Counted from the first letter of the stretch, positions 24,642 through 36,156 are shown. The stretch: DNA of 64,000 nt from Escherichia coli (GCF_044324785.1 NZ_CP172127.1); one strand, 5' to 3'. Translations and numbers: made by a program. The notes: generated from the sequence alone by a model not told the origin.

Positions 24642-24766
24642 AACCCACCTCTTGACGTTGAGTTTATCTCAGATAATTAAATAGTAATGTGGCTATTTCC
24701 GGGTATTATTCATAAGCAAGTATGAAATTAAATTAAAATACTGCGACTATTTATCATGCTTCAAAT

Positions 24767-24791
24767 GAAGAAAAGGCCCCGCAGGGCCTTT
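24767..24791 (-). terminator. rho-independent terminator of rluB
   Basis: On the minus strand, stem aaggccc-tgcg-gggcctt followed by ttttcttc. Confidence 0.7.
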
Positions 24792-24810
24792 ATTTTATAC
24801 TTATCTTAAA

Positions 24811-25686
24811 TTAACCGTTATTATTACGTCCACCAGAACGGCGACCACCGCTCACCTGGCTATGACGTTTCACCGCACGACGAATCTGATTTGCTTTCAT
24901 GCGACGACGATCTTTTTCTACAGCAACTTTAGAGCTGGTTTCTGGTGGCAGTTCCACCAGTTCACGCAGATAGTTAGTCTGGGCGAGGTCCAGCTCCGTC
25001 CAGCCGCCGCGTGGCAGACCTTTCGGCAGTGGGATATCACCGTAACGAACACGAATCAGGCGGCTTACCTGCACACCAACCGCTTCCCACAGACGACGAA
25101 CTTCACGGTTACGGCCTTCGGTCAGAGTCACGTTGTACCACTGGTTGATCCCTTCGCCGCCGCTGAACTTAATGGTTTTAAAGGCTGCCGGACCATCTTC
25201 AAGCTGCACGCCACTACTCAAATCACGCAGTTTCGCGTCGTCAACCTGACCAAATACACGCACGGCATATTCACGTTCAACTTCACGGCTTGGATGCATT
25301 AAACGGTTTGCCAGTTCACCGTCGGTGGTGAAGAGCAACAGACCACAGGTGTTAACGTCCAGACGACCTACGGCAATCCAGCGTGCGCCACGCAGCTTTG
25401 GCAGACGGTCAAACACCGTTGGACGCCCTTCCGGATCGTTACGGGTACACAACTCACCTTCCGGTTTGTAATAGGCCAGAACGCGACAAATTTGTTCAGC
25501 GGACTCACGTACCGAAATCAGGTGACCATCGATACGGATTTTCAATCCAGGGGTAATTTCAACACGATCGCCGAGTTTAGCAATTTTGCCATCAACACTC
25601 ACACGACCGGCTTCAATAATAGATTCGATTTCACGGCGAGAACCGTGGCCGGCACGCGCCAGCACTTTCTGTAGCTTTTCGCTCAT
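24811..25686 (-). CDS. rluB: 23S rRNA pseudouridine synthase RluB
   Basis: 291-aa ORF with S4 domain N-terminus, RsuA/RluB-type core and Arg/Gly-rich C-terminal tail. Confidence 0.93.
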   Translation of the reverse strand: MSEKLQKVLARAGHGSRREIESIIEAGRVSVDGKIAKLGDRVEITPGLKIRIDGHLISVRESAEQICRVLAYYKPEGELCTRNDPEGRPTVFDRLPKLRGARWIAVGRLDVNTCGLLLFTTDGELANRLMHPSREVEREYAVRVFGQVDDAKLRDLSSGVQLEDGPAAFKTIKFSGGEGINQWYNVTLTEGRNREVRRLWEAVGVQVSRLIRVRYGDIPLPKGLPRGGWTELDLAQTNYLRELVELPPETSSKVAVEKDRRRMKANQIRRAVKRHSQVSGGRRSGGRNNNG

Positions 25687-25896
25687 AGAGCTTCCTTTTG
25701 GTGTCGCCTTCCCAGGCGTCTGATATGCTTTTGTGCAACAGTGAGTCAGAACTTACATCTGACTCACTGATAGTAAAGTCTGTTTGAACTCTTCAGGCCT
25801 TAAGTAAACGACTCGACGTTTATCGGCCTGGCTTTGAGGCGCAACATACTACACTATCTTTATGGTTAAAGCTTGTTTCGATTAACGTCGATTTGG

Positions 25897-27792
25897 TTAC
25901 CAACCACCACCGCCTCCGCCACCCGCACCGCCGCCAGCACCACCACCGGAATAGCTTCGCCCCAACAAACTGGTATAGGCCCCGCAACTCAGGTGCGTCT
26001 GCAATGAGAATAAAACGCCACTACGGGCAATTTCCGGGGCGCTAACAGCCGCTGTGAGTGATGGGGTGATACGTTCTGCCCATTCTCTGCCAAGGTTTGC
26101 CGAGACCGCCCAACCTAACAATGCGTAATCCAGTTTCCGTGTTTCCCCTTTCCGCCGCCGCCCACTGTGTGTTGCCGCCTCTTTACGCGCAAGATAGTTA
26201 ACGATAGCTTCGCCGTGGGCATAACGTTGCTGCCCAGTTTGGGTAAACTTTGGCAGAAAAATATACCCAATGCCAGTGAGATAACCGGTCAGGAAAACAG
26301 AGCTAAAATAACCCGCTGGCATATACCAGTAAAAGAATACATCTCCGACATTGATATAGAGAGAATAGAAGGCCACGCCTGAACAAATCAGTGGTAAAAA
26401 CAAAGTGATGATTACACGATTAACGCAAGGCTTGTCATCATCGCGGGCAAACAAAAGCTCAAGGGAACAAAATAAGAAAGGAAGAAGCCAGCAGATCATA
26501 ATAAACATATCGCCTACCAGACTCATTCCTGCCCAGCCTACGGGACTCAGGTTACCGTAGAGAATGACCGCCAATATTGCCATTCCGCCCCATTGCAAAA
26601 ACGCATCAGGTCGGTAAAACGAAGACTTTTTACGCGGCAGATAAAATTTCTGCATCCGTAAAAATGCACTGCGTAAGACTCTGTTGCGTCTCCCCGTAAG
26701 AACGACCTTATCGCCTTTACGAAATAACGCTTCCAGTAATAACTGCTCTGCGGGCAGTAATACCGCATTATTTCTGGTCGCGCCTTCATTAACACGAATC
26801 AGGATTTGCTGGTTCTTGTCATACTGATCTTTCAGATGAATTTTGCCTTTCACAATCAGATTTACGATATCGGCACAAAAACCTTTATCGTCGTAAACCA
26901 GTTTCGCATCGAGACGTAACATGCCGGGCGTGTAATCTGGCGGAATGACATCGGTTTCAATCACATCTACCGGCGTAAATTGTGGCCTGCGCTTCCAGAG
27001 ATATAACCATCCACACGCCAGGAACAGACACGGAAACCAAATTAACAACGATGACGTAGAGGGTAAAAGAAGATGGCTGAAAATATTCGTCGTTTGTGGT
27101 GCCGAGGCATTACCAAGTAAAGCGTGAGGCCAGCGGTAGAGGACCGTGAAGTCTTCACGATAAAACGGATCGCGGGATTCAATTCTTCCGTCCTCAAGGA
27201 TGCGGCCATTTCGATATGTGTCGCCCTCTTCTCCAGTAAAGAGATCAATTTCGCTAAATGGATTACCCGCAATATCAGGCAACTGGAGAGAAAATCGGGT
27301 CTTATAGATTTCAAACGGCCACTTGTTACCGGTCACGTTCCAGATTAACAGATCTGAATCTCCCTCACGCAGGAAAGCATTTTTAACCTGATAATGAATT
27401 TGATAATGATAGTCGCCTTGAGGCAAGAAACGTTGTTTATCGCCCACGACAATACTCATTAACCCGATATGCCAGTCAAGATGCCAGGGTTCAGGAATAC
27501 CATCACGGGTGACGCCAACAATATGATAGTTCAGCAGTGCAGCGTCCCCATTAGGCTGCATCCATAGTCGTGGTAAATCACGATAAAATCCGTGCTTAAT
27601 CTGCTGATTTCGCGCCTGAAAATGAATGTTCTCTTTGATGTCGAGCACCCCATCCAGTTGCAGGGTGGCTTCAACATCAAAGAGCGAGATCCCTTCTTCA
27701 TAAAAAGGGATCTCCGTGTTTTTCGGATAACTCAACGAAGAGAAAAAAAGCCCAACTATCAACAGCAAAATGCAGCGATATATCCCTGCCAT
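25897..27792 (-). CDS. yciQ: YciQ, large inner-membrane protein (DUF2207-like), Gly-rich C-terminus
   Basis: 631-aa ORF; synteny between rluB and yciO. Confidence 0.85.
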   Translation of the reverse strand: MAGIYRCILLLIVGLFFSSLSYPKNTEIPFYEEGISLFDVEATLQLDGVLDIKENIHFQARNQQIKHGFYRDLPRLWMQPNGDAALLNYHIVGVTRDGIPEPWHLDWHIGLMSIVVGDKQRFLPQGDYHYQIHYQVKNAFLREGDSDLLIWNVTGNKWPFEIYKTRFSLQLPDIAGNPFSEIDLFTGEEGDTYRNGRILEDGRIESRDPFYREDFTVLYRWPHALLGNASAPQTTNIFSHLLLPSTSSLLIWFPCLFLACGWLYLWKRRPQFTPVDVIETDVIPPDYTPGMLRLDAKLVYDDKGFCADIVNLIVKGKIHLKDQYDKNQQILIRVNEGATRNNAVLLPAEQLLLEALFRKGDKVVLTGRRNRVLRSAFLRMQKFYLPRKKSSFYRPDAFLQWGGMAILAVILYGNLSPVGWAGMSLVGDMFIMICWLLPFLFCSLELLFARDDDKPCVNRVIITLFLPLICSGVAFYSLYINVGDVFFYWYMPAGYFSSVFLTGYLTGIGYIFLPKFTQTGQQRYAHGEAIVNYLARKEAATHSGRRRKGETRKLDYALLGWAVSANLGREWAERITPSLTAAVSAPEIARSGVLFSLQTHLSCGAYTSLLGRSYSGGGAGGGAGGGGGGGW

Positions 27793-27819
27793 AGTCTTCC
27801 ATCCGTGGAACGCAATTTG

Positions 27820-28440
27820 TTATAAGAAAGGCTTCACATCACCTACGCCTTCACGCACCACGACCGGCGTATCATCGGTAAGATCAATAACCGTTGTTGG
27901 TTTCTGTCCGAGATAGCCGCCGTGGATAATCAAATCCACCTGTTTTTCCAGACGGTCTTTAATTTCTTCGGGATCGGATTCGGTAAATTCGCTGCCTGGC
28001 AGCATTAGCGAAGTGGAAAGCATCGGTTCGCCCAATGCTTCAAGCAACGCCTGCGCAATCGGGTTAGAAGGCACGCGCATACCGATGGTTTTGCGTTTTT
28101 CCTGCAACAGACGGCGTGGCACCTCCTTCGTCCCTTTCAGGATGAAGGTGTAGTTGCCCGGCGTGTTGTTTTTCATCAAACGAAACGCAACGTTATCCAC
28201 GAATGAATAGGTCGAGAGCTCAGAAAGATCGCGACACATCAGGGTAAAGTTGTGACCGTCCGGCAGCTGGCGAATTCGACAAATACGCTCCATGGCGTTT
28301 TTATCTTCAATTTTACAGCCGAGCGCATAGCCGGAATCGGTTGGATAAACAATCACCCCGCCTTTACGCACGATCTCCACCGCCTGGTTGATCAGTCGTT
28401 GCTGCGGGTTATCAGGATGAATATAAAAAAACTGGCTCAT
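27820..28440 (-). CDS. yciO: YciO, Sua5/YrdC-family protein
   Basis: ORF 27820..28476 trimmed to MSQFFYIHPDNPQQRLINQAVEIVRKGGVIVYPTDSGYALGC...; start overlaps trpH stop by 4 nt. Confidence 0.85.
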   Translation of the reverse strand: MSQFFYIHPDNPQQRLINQAVEIVRKGGVIVYPTDSGYALGCKIEDKNAMERICRIRQLPDGHNFTLMCRDLSELSTYSFVDNVAFRLMKNNTPGNYTFILKGTKEVPRRLLQEKRKTIGMRVPSNPIAQALLEALGEPMLSTSLMLPGSEFTESDPEEIKDRLEKQVDLIIHGGYLGQKPTTVIDLTDDTPVVVREGVGDVKPFL

Positions 28441-29318
28441 AATTCCCTCTCTGTGGTGTTCTGCGGCTGTTCCCATAGCTGCCAGACGCCTTCAACGCCT
28501 GCAGGCAGCCAGAGTTTACGACCCAGTTCAATCCACGGGCACGGCTGATGAAAATCAGATCCTTGTGATGCCCATAAATGATGCTGACGCGCAAGTGTCG
28601 CCAGCTGGGTGCGTTCATTGGGCGATTGCTGGCACTGCGCGACTTCCATCGCGTCGCCGTGGTGTTCAGCAAAATGCGCAACCAATCTTTTCAGCCATTT
28701 AGCACTAAGATTGTACCGCCCAGGATGAGCTAGCACCGCCTTACCGCCAGAATGATGAATGACATCAATAGCTTGTTCTATTGTACACCACTGTGGCGGA
28801 ACGTATCCGGTTTTCCCGCGCGCCAGATATTTTTTAAAGACATCCGCCATTGAACTGGCTTTGCCGCACTCCACAAGGAAACGAGCAAAATGACCGCGCG
28901 TCACCGCACCGCCCTGCGCCAGTCGTTGCGCGCCTTCCAGCGCACCTGGTATCTGCGCTTTTTCAAGTCTTTCGGCAATCAGCTGCGCCCGCTGATTGCG
29001 CCGTTCTGTCTGCTGCGCGAGGAACTCACACATTAGCGGATGAGTAATATCAATATTCAGCCCGACAATATGAATTTCATGATTTTCCCAGACCGTGGAG
29101 ATTTCCACGCCGGGAATAAGATTCAGCGCCAGTCCCGAACGTGAAATTTCCTCTCTTGCTGGTGAGATTGCAGCTGTGGTGTCATGGTCGGTGATCGCCA
29201 GGGTGCCGACGCGCATCTCGACTGCACGGTGCACCAATGCTTCTGGCGTCAGGCAGCCATCGGAAGCTGTGGTATGGCTGTGCAGGTCGTAAATCACTGC
29301 GTAATTCGTGTCGCTCAA
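28437..29318 (-). CDS. trpH: PHP-family phosphoesterase TrpH/YciV
   Basis: 293-aa ORF MSDTNYAVIYDLHSHTTASDGCLTPEAL... (PHP-domain His motif); divergent from the trp operon. Confidence 0.9.
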   Translation of the reverse strand: MSDTNYAVIYDLHSHTTASDGCLTPEALVHRAVEMRVGTLAITDHDTTAAISPAREEISRSGLALNLIPGVEISTVWENHEIHIVGLNIDITHPLMCEFLAQQTERRNQRAQLIAERLEKAQIPGALEGAQRLAQGGAVTRGHFARFLVECGKASSMADVFKKYLARGKTGYVPPQWCTIEQAIDVIHHSGGKAVLAHPGRYNLSAKWLKRLVAHFAEHHGDAMEVAQCQQSPNERTQLATLARQHHLWASQGSDFHQPCPWIELGRKLWLPAGVEGVWQLWEQPQNTTEREL

Positions 29319-29393
29319 GGCGCACTCCCGTTCTGGATAATGTTTTTTGCGCCGACATCATAACGGTTCTGGCAAATATTCTGAAATGAGCTG

Positions 29394-29430
29394 TTGACAA
29401 TTAATCATCGAACTAGTTAACTAGTACGCA
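29394..29430 (+). promoter_or_regulatory. trp promoter (-35 TTGACA 29394..29399; -10 TTAACT 29417..29422) with overlapping TrpR operator palindrome
   Basis: Sequence tgttgacaattaatcatcgaactagttaactagtacgcaagttcacg recognised as the classical trp promoter/operator. Confidence 0.9.
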
Positions 29431-29454
29431 AGTTCACGTAAAAAGGGTATCGAC

Positions 29455-29499
29455 AATGAAAGCAATTTTCGTACTGAAAGGTTGGTGGCGCACTTCCTG
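29455..29499 (+). CDS. trpL: trp operon leader peptide ([14 protein letters not shown]) with tandem Trp codons at 29482..29487
   Basis: Hand translation of atgaaagcaattttcgtactgaaaggttggtggcgcacttcctga. Confidence 0.92.
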
Positions 29500-29542
29500 A
29501 AACGGGCAGTGTATTCACCATGCGTAAAGCAATCAGATACCC

Positions 29543-29570
29543 AGCCCGCCTAATGAGCGGGCTTTTTTTT
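29543..29570 (+). terminator. trp attenuator (3:4 terminator hairpin + U8)
   Basis: agcccgcctaatgagcgggct followed by tttttttt, 22 nt upstream of trpE. Confidence 0.92.
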
Positions 29571-29591
29571 GAACAAAATTAGAGAATAACA

Positions 29592-31154
29592 ATGCAAACA
29601 CAAAAACCGACTCTTGAACTGCTAACCTGCGAAGGCGCTTATCGCGACAACCCGACTGCGCTTTTTCACCAGTTGTGTGGGAATCGTCCAGCAACGCTGC
29701 TGCTGGAATCCGCAGATATCGACAGCAAAGATGATTTAAAAAGCCTGCTGCTGGTAGACAGTGCGCTGCGCATTACAGCATTAGGTGACACTGTCACAAT
29801 TCAGGCACTTTCCGGCAATGGCGAAGCCCTGCTGGCACTACTGGATAACGCCCTGCCTGCGGGTGTGGAAAATGAACAATCACCAAACTGCCGTGTGCTG
29901 CGCTTCCCCCCTGTCAGTCCACTGCTGGATGAAGACGCCCGCTTATGCTCCCTTTCGGTTTTTGACGCTTTCCGCTTATTGCAGAATCTGTTGAATGTAC
30001 CGAAGGAAGAACGAGAAGCAATGTTCTTCGGCGGCCTGTTCTCTTATGACCTTGTGGCGGGATTTGAAGATTTACCACAACTGGCAGCGGAAAATAACTG
30101 TCCTGATTTCTGTTTTTATCTCGCTGAAACGCTGATGGTGATTGACCATCAGAAAAAAAGCACCCGCATTCAGGCCAGTCTTTTTGCTCCGAATGAAGAA
30201 GAAAAACAACGTCTCACTGCTCGCCTGAACGATCTTCGCCAGCAGCTGACCGAAACCGCGCCACCGCTGCCGGTGGTTTCCGTGCCGCATATGCATTGTG
30301 AATGTAACCAGAGCGATGAAGAGTTCGGTGGCGTAGTGCGTTTGTTGCAAAAAGCGATTCGCGCCGGAGAGATTTTCCAGGTGGTGCCATCTCGCCGTTT
30401 CTCACTACCCTGCCCGTCACCGCTGGCGGCCTATTACGTGCTGAAAAAGAGTAATCCCAGCCCGTACATGTTTTTTATGCAGGATGATGATTTCACCCTG
30501 TTTGGCGCGTCGCCGGAAAGTTCGCTCAAGTATGACGCCACCAGCCGCCAGATTGAGATCTACCCCATTGCCGGAACACGTCCACGCGGTCGTCGTGCCG
30601 ATGGTTCACTGGACAGAGACCTCGACAGCCGCATCGAACTGGAAATGCGTACCGATCATAAAGAGCTTTCTGAACATCTGATGCTGGTGGATCTCGCCCG
30701 TAATGACCTGGCGCGTATTTGCACCCCCGGCAGTCGTTATGTCGCCGATCTCACCAAAGTTGACCGTTATTCTTATGTGATGCACCTCGTCTCCCGCGTG
30801 GTCGGTGAGCTGCGCCACGATCTCGACGCCCTGCACGCTTACCGCGCCTGTATGAATATGGGCACGTTAAGCGGCGCGCCGAAAGTGCGCGCCATGCAGT
30901 TAATTGCCGGGGCGGAAGGTCGTCGCCGCGGCAGCTACGGCGGCGCGGTAGGTTATTTCACCGCGCATGGCGATCTCGACACCTGCATTGTGATCCGCTC
31001 GGCGCTGGTGGAAAACGGTATCGCCACCGTGCAAGCCGGTGCTGGCGTGGTACTTGATTCTGTTCCGCAGTCGGAAGCCGACGAAACCCGTAACAAAGCC
31101 CGCGCTGTACTGCGCGCTATTGCCACCGCGCATCATGCACAGGAGACGTTCTGA
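29592..31154 (+). CDS. trpE: anthranilate synthase component I
   Basis: 520-aa [33 protein letters not shown]... Confidence 0.97.
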   Translation: MQTQKPTLELLTCEGAYRDNPTALFHQLCGNRPATLLLESADIDSKDDLKSLLLVDSALRITALGDTVTIQALSGNGEALLALLDNALPAGVENEQSPNCRVLRFPPVSPLLDEDARLCSLSVFDAFRLLQNLLNVPKEEREAMFFGGLFSYDLVAGFEDLPQLAAENNCPDFCFYLAETLMVIDHQKKSTRIQASLFAPNEEEKQRLTARLNDLRQQLTETAPPLPVVSVPHMHCECNQSDEEFGGVVRLLQKAIRAGEIFQVVPSRRFSLPCPSPLAAYYVLKKSNPSPYMFFMQDDDFTLFGASPESSLKYDATSRQIEIYPIAGTRPRGRRADGSLDRDLDSRIELEMRTDHKELSEHLMLVDLARNDLARICTPGSRYVADLTKVDRYSYVMHLVSRVVGELRHDLDALHAYRACMNMGTLSGAPKVRAMQLIAGAEGRRRGSYGGAVGYFTAHGDLDTCIVIRSALVENGIATVQAGAGVVLDSVPQSEADETRNKARAVLRAIATAHHAQETF

Positions 31155-32749
31155 TGGCTGACATTCTGCTGCTCGATAATATCGACTCTTTTACTTACAA
31201 CCTGGCAGATCAGTTGCGCAGCAATGGTCATAACGTGGTGATTTACCGCAACCATATTCCGGCGCAGACCTTAATTGAACGCCTGGCGACAATGAGCAAT
31301 CCGGTGCTGATGCTTTCTCCTGGCCCCGGTGTGCCAAGCGAAGCCGGTTGTATGCCAGAACTCCTCACCCGCCTGCGCGGCAAGCTGCCCATTATTGGCA
31401 TTTGCCTCGGTCATCAGGCGATTGTCGAAGCTTATGGGGGGTATGTCGGTCAGGCGGGCGAAATTCTTCACGGTAAAGCCTCCAGCATTGAACATGACGG
31501 TCAGGCGATGTTTGCCGGATTAACAAACCCGCTGCCGGTGGCGCGTTATCACTCGCTGGTTGGCAGTAATATCCCGGCCGGTTTAACCATCAACGCCCAT
31601 TTTAATGGCATGGTGATGGCGGTGCGTCACGATGCAGATCGCGTTTGCGGTTTCCAGTTCCATCCGGAATCCATTCTTACTACCCAGGGCGCTCGCCTGC
31701 TGGAACAAACGCTGGCCTGGGCGCAGCAGAAACTTGAGCCAACCAACACGCTGCAACCGATTCTGGAAAAACTGTATCAGGCGCAGACCCTTAGCCAGCA
31801 GGAAAGTCATCAGCTGTTTTCAGCGGTGGTGCGTGGCGAGCTGAAGCCAGAACAGCTCGCGGCGGCTCTGGTAAGCATGAAAATTCGTGGCGAGCACCCG
31901 AACGAAATCGCCGGGGCAGCAACTGCCCTTCTGGAAAATGCTGCGCCATTCCCGCGCCCGGATTATCTGTTTGCCGATATCGTCGGTACCGGTGGTGACG
32001 GCAGCAACAGTATCAATATTTCTACCGCCAGTGCTTTTGTCGCCGCGGCCTGTGGGCTGAAAGTGGCGAAACACGGCAACCGTAGCGTCTCCAGTAAGTC
32101 TGGCTCGTCGGATCTGCTGGCGGCATTCGGTATTAATCTTGATATGAACGCCGATAAATCGCGCCAGGCGCTGGATGAGTTAGGCGTCTGTTTCCTCTTT
32201 GCGCCGAAATATCACACCGGATTCCGCCACGCGATGCCGGTTCGCCAGCAACTGAAAACCCGCACCCTGTTTAATGTGCTTGGGCCATTGATTAACCCGG
32301 CGCATCCTCCGCTGGCGTTAATTGGTGTTTATAGTCCGGAACTGGTGCTACCGATTGCCGAAACCTTGCGCGTGCTGGGGTATCAACGCGCGGCAGTGGT
32401 GCACAGCGGCGGGATGGATGAAGTTTCATTACACGCGCCGACAATCGTTGCCGAACTGCATGACGGCGAAATTAAGAGCTATCAATTGACCGCTGAAGAT
32501 TTTGGCCTGACACCCTACCACCTGGAGCAACTGGCAGGCGGAACACCGGAAGAAAACCGTGACATTTTAACACGCTTGTTACAAGGTAAAGGCGACGCCG
32601 CCCATGAAGCAGCCGTCGCGGCGAACGTCGCCATGTTAATGCGCCTGCATGGCCATGAAGATCTGCAAGCCAATGCGCAAACCGTTCTTGAGGTACTGCG
32701 TAGTGGTTCCGCTTACGACAGAGTCACCGCACTGGCGGCACGAGGGTAA
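31154..32749 (+). CDS. trpD: anthranilate synthase component II / anthranilate phosphoribosyltransferase (bifunctional)
   Basis: 531-aa ORF; overlaps trpE stop by 1 nt (tgatg). Confidence 0.97.
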   Translation: MADILLLDNIDSFTYNLADQLRSNGHNVVIYRNHIPAQTLIERLATMSNPVLMLSPGPGVPSEAGCMPELLTRLRGKLPIIGICLGHQAIVEAYGGYVGQAGEILHGKASSIEHDGQAMFAGLTNPLPVARYHSLVGSNIPAGLTINAHFNGMVMAVRHDADRVCGFQFHPESILTTQGARLLEQTLAWAQQKLEPTNTLQPILEKLYQAQTLSQQESHQLFSAVVRGELKPEQLAAALVSMKIRGEHPNEIAGAATALLENAAPFPRPDYLFADIVGTGGDGSNSINISTASAFVAAACGLKVAKHGNRSVSSKSGSSDLLAAFGINLDMNADKSRQALDELGVCFLFAPKYHTGFRHAMPVRQQLKTRTLFNVLGPLINPAHPPLALIGVYSPELVLPIAETLRVLGYQRAAVVHSGGMDEVSLHAPTIVAELHDGEIKSYQLTAEDFGLTPYHLEQLAGGTPEENRDILTRLLQGKGDAAHEAAVAANVAMLMRLHGHEDLQANAQTVLEVLRSGSAYDRVTALAARG

Positions 32750-34111
32750 ATGATGCAAACCGTTTTAGCGAAAATCGTCGCAGACAAGGCGATTTGGGTA
32801 GAAGCCCGCAAACAGCAGCAACCGCTGGCCAGTTTTCAGAATGAGGTTCAGCCGAGCACGCGACATTTTTATGATGCGCTACAGGGTGCACGCACGGCGT
32901 TTATTCTGGAGTGTAAAAAAGCGTCACCGTCAAAAGGCGTGATCCGCTATGATTTTGATCCGGCACACATTGCAACCGTCTACAGAAATTACGCTTCGGC
33001 AATTTCGGTGCTGACTGACGAGAAATATTTCCAGGGAAGCTTTGATTTCCTCCCCATCGTCAGCCAAATCGCCCCACAGCCGATTTTATGTAAAGACTTT
33101 ATTATCGACCCTTACCAGATCTATCTGGCGCGCTATTACCAGGCCGATGCCTGCTTATTAATGCTTTCAGTACTGGATGACGAACAATATCGCCAGCTTG
33201 CCGCCGTCGCTCACAGTCTGGAGATGGGCGTGCTGACCGAAGTCAGTAATGAAGAGGAACTGGAGCGCGCCATTGCATTGGGGGCAAAGGTCGTTGGCAT
33301 CAACAACCGCGATCTGCGTGATTTGTCGATTGATCTCAACCGTACCCGCGAGCTTGCGCCGAAACTGGGGCACAACGTGACGGTAATCAGCGAATCCGGC
33401 ATCAATACTTACGCTCAGGTGCGCGAGTTAAGCCACTTCGCTAACGGCTTTTTAATTGGCTCGGCGTTGATGGCCCATGACGATTTGAACGCCGCCGTGC
33501 GCCGGGTGTTGCTGGGTGAGAATAAAGTGTGTGGCCTGACGCGTGGGCAAGATGCTAAAGCAGCTTATGACGCGGGCGCGATTTACGGTGGGTTGATTTT
33601 TGTTACGACATCACCGCGTTGCGTCAGCGTTGAACAGGCGCAGGAAGTGATGGCTGCGGCACCGTTGCAGTATGTTGGCGTGTTCCGCAATCACGATATT
33701 GCCGATGTGGTGGGCAAAGCGAAGGTGTTATCGCTGGCGGCAGTGCAACTGCATGGTAATGAAGATCAGCAATATATCGACGAACTGCGTGGTGCGCTGC
33801 CTGAAAACGTTGCCATCTGGAAAGCATTAAGCGTCGGTGAAACCCTGCCCGCCCGCGAGCTTCAGCACGTTGATAAATATGTTTTAGACAACGGCCAGGG
33901 TGGAAGCGGTCAACGTTTCGACTGGTCACTGTTAAACGGTCAATCGCTTGGCAACGTTCTGCTGGCGGGGGGCTTAGGCGCAGATAACTGCGTGGAAGCG
34001 GCACAAACCGGCTGCGCCGGACTTGATTTTAATTCTGCTGTAGAGTCGCAACCGGGCATCAAAGACGCACGTCTTTTGGCCTCGGTTTTCCAGACGCTGC
34101 GCGCATATTAA
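32750..34111 (+). CDS. trpC: indole-3-glycerol-phosphate synthase / phosphoribosylanthranilate isomerase (bifunctional)
   Basis: 453-aa [33 protein letters not shown]... Confidence 0.97.
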
Positions 34112-34122
34112 GGAAAGGAACA

Positions 34123-35316
34123 ATGACAACATTACTTAACCCGTATTTTGGTGAGTTTGGCGGCATGTACGTGCCACAAATCCTGATGCCTGCTCTGCGC
34201 CAGCTGGAAGAAGCTTTTGTCAGCGCGCAAAAAGATCCTGAATTTCAGGCTCAGTTCAACGACCTGCTGAAAAACTATGCCGGGCGTCCAACCGCACTAA
34301 CCAAATGCCAGAACATTACGGCTGGCACTAACACCACGCTGTATCTCAAGCGCGAAGATTTGCTGCACGGCGGCGCGCATAAAACCAACCAGGTGCTCGG
34401 CCAGGCTTTGCTGGCGAAGCGGATGGGTAAAACGGAAATCATCGCCGAAACCGGAGCCGGTCAGCATGGCGTGGCGTCGGCCCTTGCCAGCGCCCTGCTC
34501 GGCCTGAAATGTCGCATTTATATGGGTGCCAAAGACGTCGAGCGCCAGTCGCCTAACGTTTTTCGTATGCGTTTAATGGGTGCGGAAGTGATCCCGGTGC
34601 ATAGCGGTTCCGCGACGCTGAAAGATGCCTGTAATGAGGCGCTACGCGACTGGTCCGGCAGTTATGAAACCGCGCACTATATGCTGGGCACCGCAGCTGG
34701 CCCGCATCCTTACCCGACCATTGTGCGTGAGTTTCAGCGGATGATTGGCGAAGAAACGAAAGCGCAGATTCTGGAAAGAGAAGGTCGTCTGCCGGATGCC
34801 GTTATCGCCTGTGTTGGCGGCGGTTCGAATGCCATCGGTATGTTTGCAGATTTCATCAACGAAACCGACGTCGGCCTGATTGGTGTGGAGCCTGGTGGTC
34901 ACGGTATCGAAACTGGCGAGCACGGCGCACCGTTAAAACATGGTCGCGTGGGCATCTATTTCGGTATGAAAGCGCCGATGATGCAAACCGAAGACGGGCA
35001 GATTGAAGAATCTTACTCCATCTCCGCCGGACTGGATTTCCCGTCTGTCGGCCCACAACACGCGTATCTTAACAGCACTGGACGCGCTGATTACGTGTCA
35101 ATTACCGATGATGAAGCACTGGAAGCCTTCAAAACGCTGTGCCTGCACGAAGGGATTATCCCGGCGCTGGAATCCTCCCACGCCCTGGCCCATGCGCTGA
35201 AAATGATGCGCGAAAACCCGGAAAAAGAGCAGCTACTGGTGGTTAACCTTTCCGGTCGCGGCGATAAAGACATCTTCACCGTTCACGATATTTTGAAAGC
35301 ACGAGGGGAAATCTGA
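34123..35316 (+). CDS. trpB: tryptophan synthase beta chain
   Basis: 397-aa [35 protein letters not shown]... Confidence 0.97.
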
Positions 35317-36122
35317 TGGAACGCTACGAATCTCTGTTTGCCCAGTTGAAGGAGCGCAAAGAAGGCGCATTCGTTCCTTTCGTCACGCTCGGGGATCCAG
35401 GCATTGAGCTGTCATTGAAAATTATCGATACGCTAATTGAAGCCGGTGCTGACGCGCTGGAGTTAGGCATCCCCTTCTCCGACCCACTGGCAGATGGCCC
35501 GACGATTCAAAACGCCACACTGCGTGCCTTTGCGGCAGGTGTGACCCCGGCGCAGTGCTTTGAGATGCTGGCACTCATTCGCCAGAAGCACCCGACCATT
35601 CCGATCGGCCTTTTGATGTATGCCAACCTGGTGTTTAACAAAGGCATTGATGAGTTTTATGCCCAGTGCGAGAAAGTCGGCGTCGATTCGGTGCTGGTTG
35701 CCGATGTGCCAGTGGAAGAGTCCGCGCCCTTCCGCCAGGCCGCGTTGCGTCATAATGTCGCACCTATCTTTATTTGCCCGCCGAATGCCGACGATGATTT
35801 GCTGCGCCAGATAGCCTCCTACGGCCGTGGATACACCTATTTATTGTCACGTGCGGGCGTGACCGGTGCAGAAAACCGCGCCGCGTTACCCCTCAATCAT
35901 CTGGTCACGAAGCTGAAAGAATACAATGCTGCGCCTCCATTGCAGGGATTTGGGATTTCCTCCCCGGATCAGGTAAAAGCAGCGATTGATGCAGGAGCTG
36001 CGGGCGCGATTTCTGGTTCGGCCATCGTTAAAATCATCGAGCAACATATTAATGAGCCAGAGAAAATGCTGGCGGCACTGAAAGCTTTTGTACAACCGAT
36101 GAAAGCGGCGACGCGCAGTTAA
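35316..36122 (+). CDS. trpA: tryptophan synthase alpha chain
   Basis: 268-aa [60 protein letters not shown]...; overlaps trpB stop by 1 nt. Confidence 0.97.
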   Translation: MERYESLFAQLKERKEGAFVPFVTLGDPGIELSLKIIDTLIEAGADALELGIPFSDPLADGPTIQNATLRAFAAGVTPAQCFEMLALIRQKHPTIPIGLLMYANLVFNKGIDEFYAQCEKVGVDSVLVADVPVEESAPFRQAALRHNVAPIFICPPNADDDLLRQIASYGRGYTYLLSRAGVTGAENRAALPLNHLVTKLKEYNAAPPLQGFGISSPDQVKAAIDAGAAGAISGSAIVKIIEQHINEPEKMLAALKAFVQPMKAATRS

Positions 36123-36128
36123 TCCCAC

Positions 36129-36156
36129 AGCCGCCAGTTCCGCTGGCGGCATTTTA
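36129..36156 (+). terminator. trp operon terminator (trp t)
   Basis: gccgccag-ttccg-ctggcggc followed by atttt. Confidence 0.7.

Larger units (their letters stand above)
23270..24810 (-). other. AT-rich accessory islet carrying a two-gene operon of unknown function, between cobO and rluB
   Basis: Hand count of three 60-nt lines (23941..24120) gave 16, 20 and 16 G+C of 60, versus 34/60 in cobO and 39/60 in rluB; no mobility genes; no flanking direct repeats noticed. Confidence 0.65.

Noticed and set aside
29319-29454. Considered whether the trp regulatory region was altered or engineered
   Set aside because: Promoter, operator, leader peptide with tandem Trp codons and attenuator all read as the classical wild-type arrangement.
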